NCBI GenBank assembly: GCA_029552945.1
Contig: JAKPDD010000046.1
Coordinates: forward strand, 139,612-203,611
DNA length: 64,000 bases
Direction of reading: 5' to 3'
DNA from: Spirochaetota bacterium
Lineage (GTDB): Bacteria > Spirochaetota > GWB1-36-13 > JAKPDD01
In this document: one piece after another, positions 9,566 to 19,140 of the stretch
How positions within the stretch are numbered: position 1 is the first letter of the stretch
Layout: the number at the start of each line of letters is the position of its first letter
Notes under the pieces: generated by a model
What the model was told of the DNA's origin: nothing
The model's input: the letters and a program-made list of their open reading frames with translations, nothing else
Databases searched by the model: none
Program-made: the position numbers and the translations under genes

Positions 9566-11167
9566 ATGCTTTTTGTTTTTGACAAAAATTATAATCTTAT
9601 ATTTACCCAGTCTAAAGAATATAACTTTATTGAAGTATTAAGAGAGTTTGCATTATCTGATAAAAACTCTGAGACTATAAAATACGATGATAAAATTTAT
9701 TTTTTAACAAAGATCTCTGACTTAAATAATAATATTGCTATTAAAGTTGAAGATATTAGTGAAAATAAGATACCATCAGAAAAGTTGTTTAAATATTTTT
9801 TAAATGCGTTTGAACAGGCTTATGATGGGATTGTTATAACAGATGAAAATAATAATGTTATATATATAAACTCAAATTATGCAAGGTTTCTTGAAGTAAA
9901 TAAAGATGAGAGTATAGGTAAATATATAAAAGATGTTATAAAAGAGAGCAGAATACCTATAGTTTCTGAAACAAAAAAACCTGAAATTGGTTATGTTTGG
10001 GAAACAAAGGGAAAACCACTTCTTGTAAGTAGAATACCTCTTTTTGATAACGGCAGGTTTATAGGGGTTATAGGACTAATACTTTTTAGGAACTCAATAG
10101 AGGTTGCTCAATTTTTAAAAAAGATAGAGAAGATAGAAAAAGAGCTTGCATATTATAAAGAGTCTCAAAATTCAGATTGGTCAGCTAAATATGATTTTGG
10201 ATTTATAAAAACAAGAAGTAAGGAGGTTATTGGGATAATTGAAAGAGCAAAGAAGATTGCAGTAACTAATTCAAACGTTATTATAACTGGGGAGAGTGGG
10301 ACAGGAAAAGAGATTATTGCTCATGCAATACACCTGGCTAGTCCAAGGAGTAATAAACCTTTTGTAAGAATAAACTGTAGTGCTATTCCTGAAGAGCTTT
10401 TTGAATCAGAATTTTTTGGTTATGAAAAGGGTGCTTTTACAGGTGCAAAAGACTTAAAACAAGGAAAGTTTGAAATTGCAAACAGTGGTACTCTATTTCT
10501 TGATGAGATAGGAGACCTTCCTTTAAAAATGCAGGCAAAACTTCTTAGAGTTATCCAGGAAGGAGAAATTGAAAGAGTAGGCGGGACTAAACCTATTAGT
10601 GTTGATGTAAGGATAATTGCTGCAACTAATAAAAACCTTAAAGAACTTATTGAAAGAGGTTTGTTCAGAGAAGACCTTTATTATAGACTATCAGTTTTTC
10701 AAATTAATATGATACCTTTAAGAGAGAGGGTTGAAGATATAAGACTTTTATTTGATTATTTTTTAAAAGAATACATGGATAATATAGGATTCTGCGATAT
10801 AGCAGTTGATGAAGAGGTTTATAATATACTTGAAAAATATTCATGGCCAGGTAATGTTAGAGAATTGAAAAATGTAGTTGAAACTGTAAGTGTATCTCTT
10901 GAAGGATATAAGATAGGGCTTAAAGATATACCAGGTTATATTTTAAACTTTGAACTTAGTAAAAATGTAAAAGATTTAGATAAAAATTATTATAATCGTT
11001 ATAATAATATAAAGGAATATAAAACATCTATATTTGAGCTTGAAAAAAAATTGATAATAGATGCTTTGAATAAAGCTAACGGGAACAAGAAAAAAGCTGC
11101 CAAACTTCTTGGAATAGCAAGGAGCTTGTTATACAAAAAGATAAAAGACTTTGGAATTGAATTATGA
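9566..11167 (+). CDS. Sigma-54-dependent transcriptional activator with N-terminal PAS-like sensor, AAA+ domain and C-terminal HTH
   Basis: 533 aa; Walker [15 protein letters not shown] motif (YEKGAFTGA), arginine finger region, C-terminal Fis-like HTH; no receiver domain. Confidence 0.9.
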   Translation: MLFVFDKNYNLIFTQSKEYNFIEVLREFALSDKNSETIKYDDKIYFLTKISDLNNNIAIKVEDISENKIPSEKLFKYFLNAFEQAYDGIVITDENNNVIYINSNYARFLEVNKDESIGKYIKDVIKESRIPIVSETKKPEIGYVWETKGKPLLVSRIPLFDNGRFIGVIGLILFRNSIEVAQFLKKIEKIEKELAYYKESQNSDWSAKYDFGFIKTRSKEVIGIIERAKKIAVTNSNVIITGESGTGKEIIAHAIHLASPRSNKPFVRINCSAIPEELFESEFFGYEKGAFTGAKDLKQGKFEIANSGTLFLDEIGDLPLKMQAKLLRVIQEGEIERVGGTKPISVDVRIIAATNKNLKELIERGLFREDLYYRLSVFQINMIPLRERVEDIRLLFDYFLKEYMDNIGFCDIAVDEEVYNILEKYSWPGNVRELKNVVETVSVSLEGYKIGLKDIPGYILNFELSKNVKDLDKNYYNRYNNIKEYKTSIFELEKKLIIDALNKANGNKKKAAKLLGIARSLLYKKIKDFGIEL

Positions 11168-11179
11168 ATCATATTTTAA

Positions 11180-11196
11180 TGTCTATAAAGTAGACA
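11180..11196. promoter_or_regulatory. Inverted repeat TGTCTA-N5-TAGACA (candidate enhancer-binding protein site 1)
   Basis: Perfect 6-bp arms with 5-bp spacer; about 190 bp upstream of the candidate -24/-12 element. Confidence 0.45.
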
Positions 11197-11203
11197 AACA
11201 TTA

Positions 11204-11220
11204 TGTCTAATATATAGACA
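11204..11220. promoter_or_regulatory. Inverted repeat TGTCTA-N5-TAGACA (candidate enhancer-binding protein site 2)
   Basis: Identical arms and spacing to site 1, 24 bp downstream of it. Confidence 0.45.
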
Positions 11221-11306
11221 CTAATAGGTACAAATTAAATTCATTGTGTTTTCATACATTTTTATTATTATTGTTTATCTTTTACTTTAGTTTTTATTTT
11301 TCTATA

Positions 11307-11323
11307 TGTCTAAAATAGGGACA
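11307..11323. promoter_or_regulatory. Degenerate third copy TGTCTA-N5-GGGACA
   Basis: Left half-site identical, right half-site matches 4 of 6. Confidence 0.25.
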
Positions 11324-11373
11324 CTATCTTTTTTAAATATATATAAAGTATTGATTATCAAATATTTATATTT

Positions 11374-11389
11374 TGGAACAATTTTTGAC
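11374..11389 (+). promoter_or_regulatory. Candidate sigma-54 (-24/-12) promoter TGGAAC-N5-TTGA
   Basis: GG and the -12 element at canonical spacing; deviates from TGGCAC-N5-TTGC at two positions; about 45 nt upstream of the ATG at 11436. Confidence 0.3.
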
Positions 11390-11435
11390 TATAATGTAAT
11401 TGCTTGTTAACAAAAAAATAACTGGAGGTGTCTTG

Positions 11436-11894
11436 ATGAAAATTAAGTTAAGTGAAAATGCAAAGACCATATTACATGTGGTCAATGCTATTCTCTGGAT
11501 ATGGCTTTTGATAGCCAGCTGGTCTAAAAATGAGGATCTACTAAAAATTACTTTCTTTGTAATGCCTTTTATTGTATTTTTCTATTTATTGATGGGAATT
11601 GAAAAGAGAAATGAAGTAAAATCACCTGTCCCATTATTTTATCCTGCTATAACTCTTTTTATTGTTTGGGTTGTCTCTTTTTATCTTGTTTTAAGTTATA
11701 GAGGAATATCTGTTGATCCTTCTGATTTTATTTTAGGTATGCATCCTTCTATGGCAGCTGCTCTACTTATTTTTTGGATTGGAAATCTTCTTACTACTGC
11801 TTTATCATATGTTCTATTTTTTGATGAGAGTGTTGATGAAAAAGAGTGGAATGATTTTCTTAATGAAGTAAGCAAATATCAAAAACTTAAATAG
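11436..11894 (+). CDS. Small membrane protein preceding the symporter (possible symporter accessory subunit)
   Basis: ORF track starts at TTG 11400; ATG at 11436 has RBS GGAGGTG; about 4 predicted TM helices; 10 nt before the symporter gene. Confidence 0.45.
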   Translation: MKIKLSENAKTILHVVNAILWIWLLIASWSKNEDLLKITFFVMPFIVFFYLLMGIEKRNEVKSPVPLFYPAITLFIVWVVSFYLVLSYRGISVDPSDFILGMHPSMAAALLIFWIGNLLTTALSYVLFFDESVDEKEWNDFLNEVSKYQKLK

Positions 11895-11904
11895 GGGGTG
11901 AACT

Positions 11905-13470
11905 ATGAAATTGGGTAAAATATTAGGAATTATTTTGTTTAATATTATCGCTTTTTCTTCTGTATTTGCTCAGGACAAAAAATTAACAGAATACATGGAA
12001 ACAAGTACTTTTACTGTGATTTATACTATAATGTTTTTATTAATATCTGTTTTATTAGGAGTATGGGCATCAAAGAAGGCTAAAACAGCGGAGGGTTTTT
12101 TTGGTGGAACAAAGTCTTTTGGTCCAATAACTATTGGGCTTGCTTCAATGGCTGCATTGATGAGTGCTTTTGGGTTTGTAGGGGGGCCAGGGCTTGTTTA
12201 TAAATTGGGTTTCTCTTCTATATGGATGACTATTGCATGTGGACCTGGTTTTGCTTATGCATACTGGATATTAGGTAAAAGAATGAGAGCTATGGCAGAA
12301 GTTACATCTGTTGCAACATTACCTGACATAGCAAGGGTAAGATATCAGTGTAATGCAATAAGAGCAATATTTGCTTTTGGCCTATTGATAGCAGCAATTG
12401 CATATCTTTCATCTCAGATGAAAGGTGCGGCAATGACTCTTGCTCAGATGTTGGGTGTATCTGAAACATGGGCAATAGTCATATTTATGGGTGTAATGCT
12501 TATATTCTTATTAAAAGCAGGTATGGCTGCAAGTATAGTAACAGATGCTTTTCAAGGCTTAATAATGCTTATAGGTGTTTTTGCTGTTGTGATTGGTTTC
12601 TTCATATTAACTAAAGGTGATGCTATGGTCTCTATTGCCCAGGCTCAAAACCTTGGAACAAAATATGTTGATGGTATTGGTGCTGCACCATTACAGACAA
12701 TAATAACATTTACAATTGTATTTTTTGTATTTGTAATGTCTCAGTCAACAATGTTAAGTAAGATGTATACTGTTAAGAGCTATAAAGGACTAAAGCAGGC
12801 AGGTCTTTTAAGTGGTGTAACTTATGCTATGGCATCACTTGTATGGATCCTAGTAGGATATGGTGCTCTATATTTGCTTGCTCAGGGTAGGATAGAACCA
12901 CTTCAAAAGGCTGATAATGCTGCTTTTGTTTTTTTAAATGCACTTGAGTCACCAATAATTTCTACATTAGTTATGGCCTCACTCTTTGCTGCTACAATAT
13001 CCACAGCAAGTTACTTTTTAACTTTAGCATCTTCAAGTATTACTAGAGATATATTAGGTTCTTTTGGTGTTGAATTATCACAAGAAAAACAGATAGCATG
13101 GGGAAGAGTAATAATGATTTTAATAGCATTACTGTCTATTGGATTTGCTTATTGGGGAACCGATATGGTTGCTATATTAGGTACAATAGGATGGGGATTT
13201 TTTGCATCTGTTAACTTCCCAACACTTACACTTGGATTATTATGGAAAAGAACAAGTAGAGAGGGTGTACTAACAGGTATAATTCTTGCAATACTCTTAA
13301 ATATCCTCCTACCAATACTTGATAGAACAGGTATATATAAACTACCTTTCCCATATTACACACTCTCAATAGTTGTTTCAATATCAGCAACTGTTTTTGT
13401 ATCATTGTTTACTAAAGGTTCTGCAGGTGATAATCTACCTGAACCTATAAAACCAATATTTAAACTCTAA
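11905..13470 (+). CDS. Sodium:solute symporter (SSS family) transporter
   Basis: 521 aa with about 13 TM helices and SSS-like organisation; RBS GGGGGTG. Confidence 0.8.
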   Translation: MKLGKILGIILFNIIAFSSVFAQDKKLTEYMETSTFTVIYTIMFLLISVLLGVWASKKAKTAEGFFGGTKSFGPITIGLASMAALMSAFGFVGGPGLVYKLGFSSIWMTIACGPGFAYAYWILGKRMRAMAEVTSVATLPDIARVRYQCNAIRAIFAFGLLIAAIAYLSSQMKGAAMTLAQMLGVSETWAIVIFMGVMLIFLLKAGMAASIVTDAFQGLIMLIGVFAVVIGFFILTKGDAMVSIAQAQNLGTKYVDGIGAAPLQTIITFTIVFFVFVMSQSTMLSKMYTVKSYKGLKQAGLLSGVTYAMASLVWILVGYGALYLLAQGRIEPLQKADNAAFVFLNALESPIISTLVMASLFAATISTASYFLTLASSSITRDILGSFGVELSQEKQIAWGRVIMILIALLSIGFAYWGTDMVAILGTIGWGFFASVNFPTLTLGLLWKRTSREGVLTGIILAILLNILLPILDRTGIYKLPFPYYTLSIVVSISATVFVSLFTKGSAGDNLPEPIKPIFKL

Positions 13471-13494
13471 TTATCTTACTTTATTTAGATTATG

Positions 13495-13518
13495 AGCCCT
13501 CTTCTGGGGGCTTTTTTG
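13495..13518 (+). terminator. Stem-loop (AGCCC...GGGCT) followed by TTTTTT between symporter and CoA-transferase genes
   Basis: GC-rich 5-bp stem then T-tract; possible terminator or attenuator inside the putative operon. Confidence 0.4.
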
Positions 13519-13549
13519 TATTTTTTATTTTCTTCTCAGGAGGTTTAAA

Positions 13550-15091
13550 ATGAAAGCTAGAATAGTGTCTGCTGAAGAGGCTGTTAAAAACATAAAGTCT
13601 GGTGATGTTGTTGCAACAGAAGGTTTTGTTGGCAATGGTTTTGCAGAGGAGATTGCGATAGCATTAGAGAAGAGGTTTATTGAAACTGGAGAACCAAGGG
13701 ATCTTACTTTGATATATGCTGCTGGTCAGGGGGATGGTAAAGAGAAAGGATTAAATCACCTTGCATATGAAGGACTTGTAAAAAGAGTGATTGGCGGTCA
13801 CTGGGGGCTTGCACCAAAGTTGGGTAAAATGGCACTTGAAAACAAAATAGAGGCATATAACCTTCCGCAGGGGTGTATATCACACCTTTTTAGAGCTATA
13901 GCTGGTAAAAGACCAGGGCATATTACTCATGTTGGACTTGGAACATTTGTTGATCCAAGAATAAGTGGCGGGAAAATGAATGAAAGGACAAAAGAGGATA
14001 TCGTAAAACTTATAGAGATTGATGGTAAAGAGTATCTTTTTTATAAGTCTATACCAATAGATGTTGCTATATTAAGGGGTACAACAGCGGATACAAGGGG
14101 AAATGTTACACTGGAAAAAGAGGCTCTTACACTTGAGAATCTTTCTATGGCTCAAGCAGCTAAAAACTCAGGGGGGATTGTTATAGTTCAGGTTGAAAGA
14201 ATTGCTGAAGCAGGATCTTTGGCTGCAAGAGATGTAAAAATACCAGGAATTCTTGTAGATTTTATTGTTGTTGCTAAGCCAGAAAATCACTGGCAAACAT
14301 TTTCAGAAAAATATAATCCTGCTTATAGCTGTGAGATAAAAATACCATTATCTGCTATAACTCCATTACCGCTTGATGAAAGAAAGATAATTGGAAGAAG
14401 AGCTGCAATGGAGCTTGTTGAGGGTTCTGTTGTTAATCTTGGTATAGGAATGCCAGAAGCAGTTGGGGTTGTTGCAGCTGAGGAAGGAATATTAAATAAT
14501 TTTATTCTTACTGTTGAACCAGGACCAATAGGGGGAGTACCGGCAGGTGGTTTAAGTTTTGGTGCTTCTTCTAATATGGAAGCATTAGTTGACCAACCCT
14601 ATCAATTTGACTTTTATGATGGTGGGGGACTTGACCTTGCTTTTTTAGGGCTTGCTCAGGTTGATCAGTTTGGAAATATTAATGTAAGTAAGTTTGGACC
14701 AAGGTTTGCAGGTGCAGGTGGTTTTATAAACATAACACAAAATGCTAAAAAAGTTTTCTTCCTTGGTACATTTACTGCAGGTGATTTACAGGTTGAAGTA
14801 AAAGATACTAAATTAAAAATAGTACAGGAAGGAAAGACAAGAAAGTTTGTAAGAAATGTTGAACATATAACTTTTAGTGGTGAATATGCAAAAAAAGTTA
14901 AAAGGCCAGTACTTTATATTACAGAGAGAGCAGTGTTCAAATTAACTGATGAAGGACTTGAACTTATTGAAATTGCACCTGGTATAGATATAGAAAAAGA
15001 TATATTAACACATATGGACTTTAAACCAATAATAAAGTCACCAAAGATTATGGATACTAGAATATTTAAAAAAGATAAAATGGGTCTATAA
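13550..15091 (+). CDS. Acyl-CoA:acetate/3-ketoacid CoA-transferase family protein (fused two-domain type)
   Basis: 513 aa; CoA-transferase family I features in both halves (GGxWG-like region HWGLAPKLG); RBS AGGAGG. Confidence 0.75.
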   Translation: MKARIVSAEEAVKNIKSGDVVATEGFVGNGFAEEIAIALEKRFIETGEPRDLTLIYAAGQGDGKEKGLNHLAYEGLVKRVIGGHWGLAPKLGKMALENKIEAYNLPQGCISHLFRAIAGKRPGHITHVGLGTFVDPRISGGKMNERTKEDIVKLIEIDGKEYLFYKSIPIDVAILRGTTADTRGNVTLEKEALTLENLSMAQAAKNSGGIVIVQVERIAEAGSLAARDVKIPGILVDFIVVAKPENHWQTFSEKYNPAYSCEIKIPLSAITPLPLDERKIIGRRAAMELVEGSVVNLGIGMPEAVGVVAAEEGILNNFILTVEPGPIGGVPAGGLSFGASSNMEALVDQPYQFDFYDGGGLDLAFLGLAQVDQFGNINVSKFGPRFAGAGGFINITQNAKKVFFLGTFTAGDLQVEVKDTKLKIVQEGKTRKFVRNVEHITFSGEYAKKVKRPVLYITERAVFKLTDEGLELIEIAPGIDIEKDILTHMDFKPIIKSPKIMDTRIFKKDKMGL

Positions 15092-15094
15092 TAT

Positions 15095-15117
15095 AAGGGG
15101 GAATTAACTTTCCCCTT
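15095..15117 (+). terminator. Rho-independent terminator-like hairpin AAGGGG...CCCCTT
   Basis: 6-bp GC-containing stem, then ATTTAATT; 4 nt after the CoA-transferase stop. Confidence 0.5.
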
Positions 15118-15276
15118 ATTTAATTAAAAAAATATTTACTTTTATTTAATTTTTTGTTATATTTAAATACTGTAAGTTGTTTTATCTTAAGAGTAATCTA
15201 AAGAAGTCATACTTGCGATTAATCTTTACTAAAACTCACTTACCAAATAATAATTATTTTCTGGAGGAAAATTATA

Positions 15277-15561
15277 ATGTCAAACAAACTTTATGTTGGA
15301 AATCTAAATTACTCGGTTACAAATGAAGAATTAAGAGTATTTTTTGAGGAAAATTATACTGTAAAAGATGTTAGAGTAATTGAAGGAAAAGGTTTTGGTT
15401 TTGTTGAACTTGAAACAAAAGAAGAAGCAAATGATGCAAAAGAAAGATTTAATGAGTTTGAGTTTAAAGGAAGAAAAATGAGGGTAGATATAGCAAAACC
15501 AAAAAATGAAAATAGGTCTTTTAGAAGAGACAGAGGTTTTTCAAGAGAAAGAAGGTATTAA
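15277..15561 (+). CDS. RRM-type RNA-binding protein
   Basis: 94 aa; RNP-2 (LYVGNL) and RNP-1 (KGFGFVE) motifs; Arg-rich C-terminal tail. Confidence 0.8.
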   Translation: MSNKLYVGNLNYSVTNEELRVFFEENYTVKDVRVIEGKGFGFVELETKEEANDAKERFNEFEFKGRKMRVDIAKPKNENRSFRRDRGFSRERRY

Positions 15562-15578
15562 AAATATATTATTCTTTT

Positions 15579-15600
15579 AAAAGGGGGAGTGCCCCTTTTT
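15579..15600 (+). terminator. Rho-independent terminator AAAAGGGG-GAGTG-CCCCTTTT
   Basis: 8-bp stem, 5-nt loop, T-rich 3' side; about 18 nt after the RRM gene stop. Confidence 0.6.
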
Positions 15601-15968
15601 ATTTTATGTTTGTTTTGATTTTCAATCAGTATTTTCAGATTTTTATTCAATATTTTTTGTGATAAATTGTTCATAAATTTGTGAATTATGGATTTTATTC
15701 TTAAAAATTTATTTTTTAAAACTTTTTAGAGTAAATCGACATGCTAACCACTATTAATAAAGCTAATTGAATATATGAAATTTTAAGGAGTGGATAAAAT
15801 CTTTATTAACTGAACAATTTTTTAAAACTTTTAACCCAAAAGATTTAATATAATAATTTTAAAGACTAATTTTGTAATTGAACGATTATTCTAGAAAATT
15901 TTGATAAAAAAAATTAGTAATAAAATTTTATATATATTTTTTTGTTTAATTTTTAAAGGTTTAACTTT

Positions 15969-17801
15969 TTATTCTACAGTTACACTTTTAGCAAGGTTTC
16001 TTGGTTTATCTACATCTTTACCTTTAAAACTTGCTATATAATATGCTATAAGCTGTAATGGAATAACATTTATAATTGGTTGTACATGATATTCGAGTTC
16101 TGGAACAAATATAACATCATCAGCAAGTTTTGTTATTTTTTTATCACCCTCATTTGCTATTGCAACTACTTTTGCACCCCTTGCTTTTACCTCTTCTATA
16201 TTTGATATTACTTTTTCGTATAGTTCTCTTGTTGCTATTACGAATACAGGAAAGTTTTTATCTATTAAAGCTATTGGGCCATGTTTCATTTCAGCTGCAG
16301 GATAGCCCTCAGCATGTATGTAAGAGATCTCTTTTAGTTTAAGTGCTCCTTCCAGAGCTATGGGGAAGTTAAGGCCTCTTCCAAGGTATAGTGCATTTGA
16401 TATATCTTTATATTTAAATGATATAGACTTTAATATTTCTATGTTTTTTTTAAGAAAATTTTCAACAATATCTGGAAGTTTATTTAAGTCTTCTATTATT
16501 TTTATAAGTTTATCCTGTGGAACTGTTTTTCTGAATTTACCAAAGTATAGTGCTATCAGAAGTGTTACAACAAGTTGAGAAGTAAATGCTTTTGTTGATG
16601 CAACTCCTATTTCTGGGCCAGCGTGTGTATATACTCCCTGCCCAGCTTCTCTTGCTATTGAACTTCCAACTACATTTGTAATACCATATACTCGTCCATT
16701 TAATTGTTTTACTAATTTTAATGCAGCCAATGTGTCTGCTGTTTCTCCTGACTGACTTATGAAAAAGAAGATATCGTCTTCTTTTATTAGAGGGTTTCTG
16801 TATCTAAACTCAGATGCATATTCATGTTCTGAAATTATTCTTGATAGGTCTTCCATAACATACTTAGCATATATTCCAGCATGCCATGATGTTCCACATG
16901 ATATAAAAAATACTCTTTGAATATCCTGTATATCTTTTGGTGTAAGTTTTAATCCACCGAGTTTTACATCATAATTTTCTATAGATATTCTTCCTCTGAA
17001 AGCATTTTTAATTGTTTGTTGCTGCTCAAATATCTCTTTAAGCATAAAGTCAGGATATCCATCTTTGCTTATCTCTTTCAATGACCAGCTTATATGCTCT
17101 ACTTTTTTGTTTATAGACTTTTTTGAAACAGGATCTAATATTTCAAACTCATTATTTTTTATTATTACGACTTCTCCATCGTCAAGATACACAACATTAG
17201 CAGTATAGCCTACTATTGCACTTGGATCTGATACTAAAAAGTTTTCATTGTTTCCTATACCAAGTATTAGTGGGCTTCCCTTCCTTGCACCTATTATAGT
17301 GTTTGGTGTATTTTTATCCATTGCTAATATTGCATAAGCCCCTTCTATTATTTTTAACATATTAAGGAATGCTTCTTTAAAGTCACCTTCGTAAAACTCT
17401 TCAATAAGGTGTGATATTACTTCTGAGTCTGTTTCAGACTTAAAAATATGTCCTTTACTCTCAAGGAATTTTTTTATTTCTGTATAATTTTCTATAATTC
17501 CATTATGTACAATTGCTATACTATTTTTGCAGTCTGTATGTGGATGTGAGTTTATCTGATTTGGTTCACCATGTGTTGCCCATCTTGTATGACCAATACC
17601 AGATATCGCATTAGGTGAAAGACCGTCTATTATTGTAATAAGATTTTTTATTCTCCCCTTATCTTTAAATATTAATAATTCATTATTTTCTTGTAAACAT
17701 ATTCCAGCAGAATCATACCCTCTGTATTCAAGGTTTTTAAGGCCACTTATTAAAATGTCTTTTGCTTTCTTATTTCCAGTATAACCTACTATTCCACACA
17801 T
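15969..17801 (-). CDS. glmS: Glutamine--fructose-6-phosphate aminotransferase
   Basis: 610 aa; N-terminal MCGIVGY nucleophile, two SIS domains, C-terminal KSVTVE. Confidence 0.95.
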   Translation of the reverse strand: MCGIVGYTGNKKAKDILISGLKNLEYRGYDSAGICLQENNELLIFKDKGRIKNLITIIDGLSPNAISGIGHTRWATHGEPNQINSHPHTDCKNSIAIVHNGIIENYTEIKKFLESKGHIFKSETDSEVISHLIEEFYEGDFKEAFLNMLKIIEGAYAILAMDKNTPNTIIGARKGSPLILGIGNNENFLVSDPSAIVGYTANVVYLDDGEVVIIKNNEFEILDPVSKKSINKKVEHISWSLKEISKDGYPDFMLKEIFEQQQTIKNAFRGRISIENYDVKLGGLKLTPKDIQDIQRVFFISCGTSWHAGIYAKYVMEDLSRIISEHEYASEFRYRNPLIKEDDIFFFISQSGETADTLAALKLVKQLNGRVYGITNVVGSSIAREAGQGVYTHAGPEIGVASTKAFTSQLVVTLLIALYFGKFRKTVPQDKLIKIIEDLNKLPDIVENFLKKNIEILKSISFKYKDISNALYLGRGLNFPIALEGALKLKEISYIHAEGYPAAEMKHGPIALIDKNFPVFVIATRELYEKVISNIEEVKARGAKVVAIANEGDKKITKLADDVIFVPELEYHVQPIINVIPLQLIAYYIASFKGKDVDKPRNLAKSVTVE

Positions 17802-17805
17802 TTTT

Positions 17806-18144
17806 TTACTCCAGAGTAGGATATATATTTTTTATTAAATACTGGTGTAATTTCCATAATAACATGTGGTAATTCATATCATCAATATCTGTATCTGTTA
17901 CATAATCAATTTGACCTGACAGTATAAAATTAAGTGATTTTTCCATTTTTGTTATCAAATCATTTATATTTTCATCTTTTTCTATAAAGTTACCAAGGCT
18001 TTTTTTTAATCTATCGTGTAGTGATGCTAATTTTCTTTCTATTGGTATCAAGAATCTATCCTGCTGATAGGCTGTAATTATTTCTTTTATTTGATTGTTT
18101 ACTTCTTCAAACTTTTCCTTATTTAGTTTTTTATCATTAGCCAT
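17806..18144 (-). CDS. Hypothetical protein (helical, no recognised domain)
   Basis: 112-aa ORF lying 4 nt upstream of glmS on the same strand. Confidence 0.35.
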   Translation of the reverse strand: MANDKKLNKEKFEEVNNQIKEIITAYQQDRFLIPIERKLASLHDRLKKSLGNFIEKDENINDLITKMEKSLNFILSGQIDYVTDTDIDDMNYHMLLWKLHQYLIKNIYPTLE

Positions 18145-18162
18145 TGTTTTTGCCCTTAGGTT

Positions 18163-19140
18163 TTATTCAAATAATTTTTCAAACTCTTTCTTGAATATAT
18201 CAACAATTTTATTATCGGTTAAAACCATTATATTCTCATCATTTTTTTCAGTTGCATTTTTTGAAAAGTTAAATGAACCTGTTATCACTTTTTTATTATC
18301 TATAATTATAAATTTATGATGCATTTTACCTTTTCCGTTATAGAGTGTAATAAACTTTCTTAAGTCTGGGTATTGGTATATACTATTTTCATTTTTTGCC
18401 TGGTGTCTGTCAAGAACTATTTTAACATCAATTTTTTCTGATAAATCTTTTATTTTTTTTATTATTCCTTTATGTGTTAGTGCAAAAGCTGCTATAAATA
18501 GACTTTTTTTTGCTTTATTTATTGATTCTTCTATTATTTGATCAACTTTTTCTTCAGGTGAAAAAAATATATTTACGTCTACTTCATCTACTTTAAAATA
18601 ATAATCTTTTGTTTTTTCACCTTTACCAAATATTTTTTTGTAAAACATCTCATCAAATTCTTCTTTATATTTTCTTGCTATTTTTTCGTTTTTTACTATA
18701 ACTAGATTATTCCTATTTTGGTTTATATCATTATATGTAAGATTCATGCTACCTGTTATTGCTATTTTATCATCGATTATTAATATTTTATTATGCATGT
18801 ATGATTTTTTATTATCAAATACTATTGGTATTTTATTATTAAAAAGTGGTTTTATTTCTTTTGTTTTTTTAGCTCTATCATCAAGGACTATATTTACATC
18901 AACGCCTCTTTTTTTTGCTTTTATAAGTTCATCTATTATTCTTTCATGATTTAATTCAAATACAGCAATTTCAATATTTTTTTCAGAACTTCTTATAATA
19001 TCAATTAGTTTTTCCAGTATATTATCTTTATGAGTAAAAAGTATCTCTATATTGCTACTAGCAGTGTATGTTAACGTGTTTAGTAGAAATATATTTATTA
19101 AAAAAAATAGATATATTAATAACCTGTTTTTAATTTTCAA
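18163..19140 (-). CDS. Phospholipase D superfamily protein with two HKD motifs and an N-terminal signal peptide
   Basis: 325 aa; HKD motifs HNKILIIDDKIAITGSMN and HHKFIIIDNKKVITGSFN; hydrophobic N-terminus. Confidence 0.7.
   Translation of the reverse strand: MKIKNRLLIYLFFLINIFLLNTLTYTASSNIEILFTHKDNILEKLIDIIRSSEKNIEIAVFELNHERIIDELIKAKKRGVDVNIVLDDRAKKTKEIKPLFNNKIPIVFDNKKSYMHNKILIIDDKIAITGSMNLTYNDINQNRNNLVIVKNEKIARKYKEEFDEMFYKKIFGKGEKTKDYYFKVDEVDVNIFFSPEEKVDQIIEESINKAKKSLFIAAFALTHKGIIKKIKDLSEKIDVKIVLDRHQAKNENSIYQYPDLRKFITLYNGKGKMHHKFIIIDNKKVITGSFNFSKNATEKNDENIMVLTDNKIVDIFKKEFEKLFE

Noticed and set aside
11386-11414. Sigma-70-type promoter (-35 TTGACT) for the symporter operon
   Set aside because: No acceptable -10 hexamer at 16-18 bp spacing (TAACAA is the best candidate), so the -24/-12 interpretation was preferred, though itself uncertain
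17802-17805. glmS ribozyme upstream of glmS
   Set aside because: The upstream gene ends 4 nt before the glmS start codon, leaving no room for a ribozyme leader
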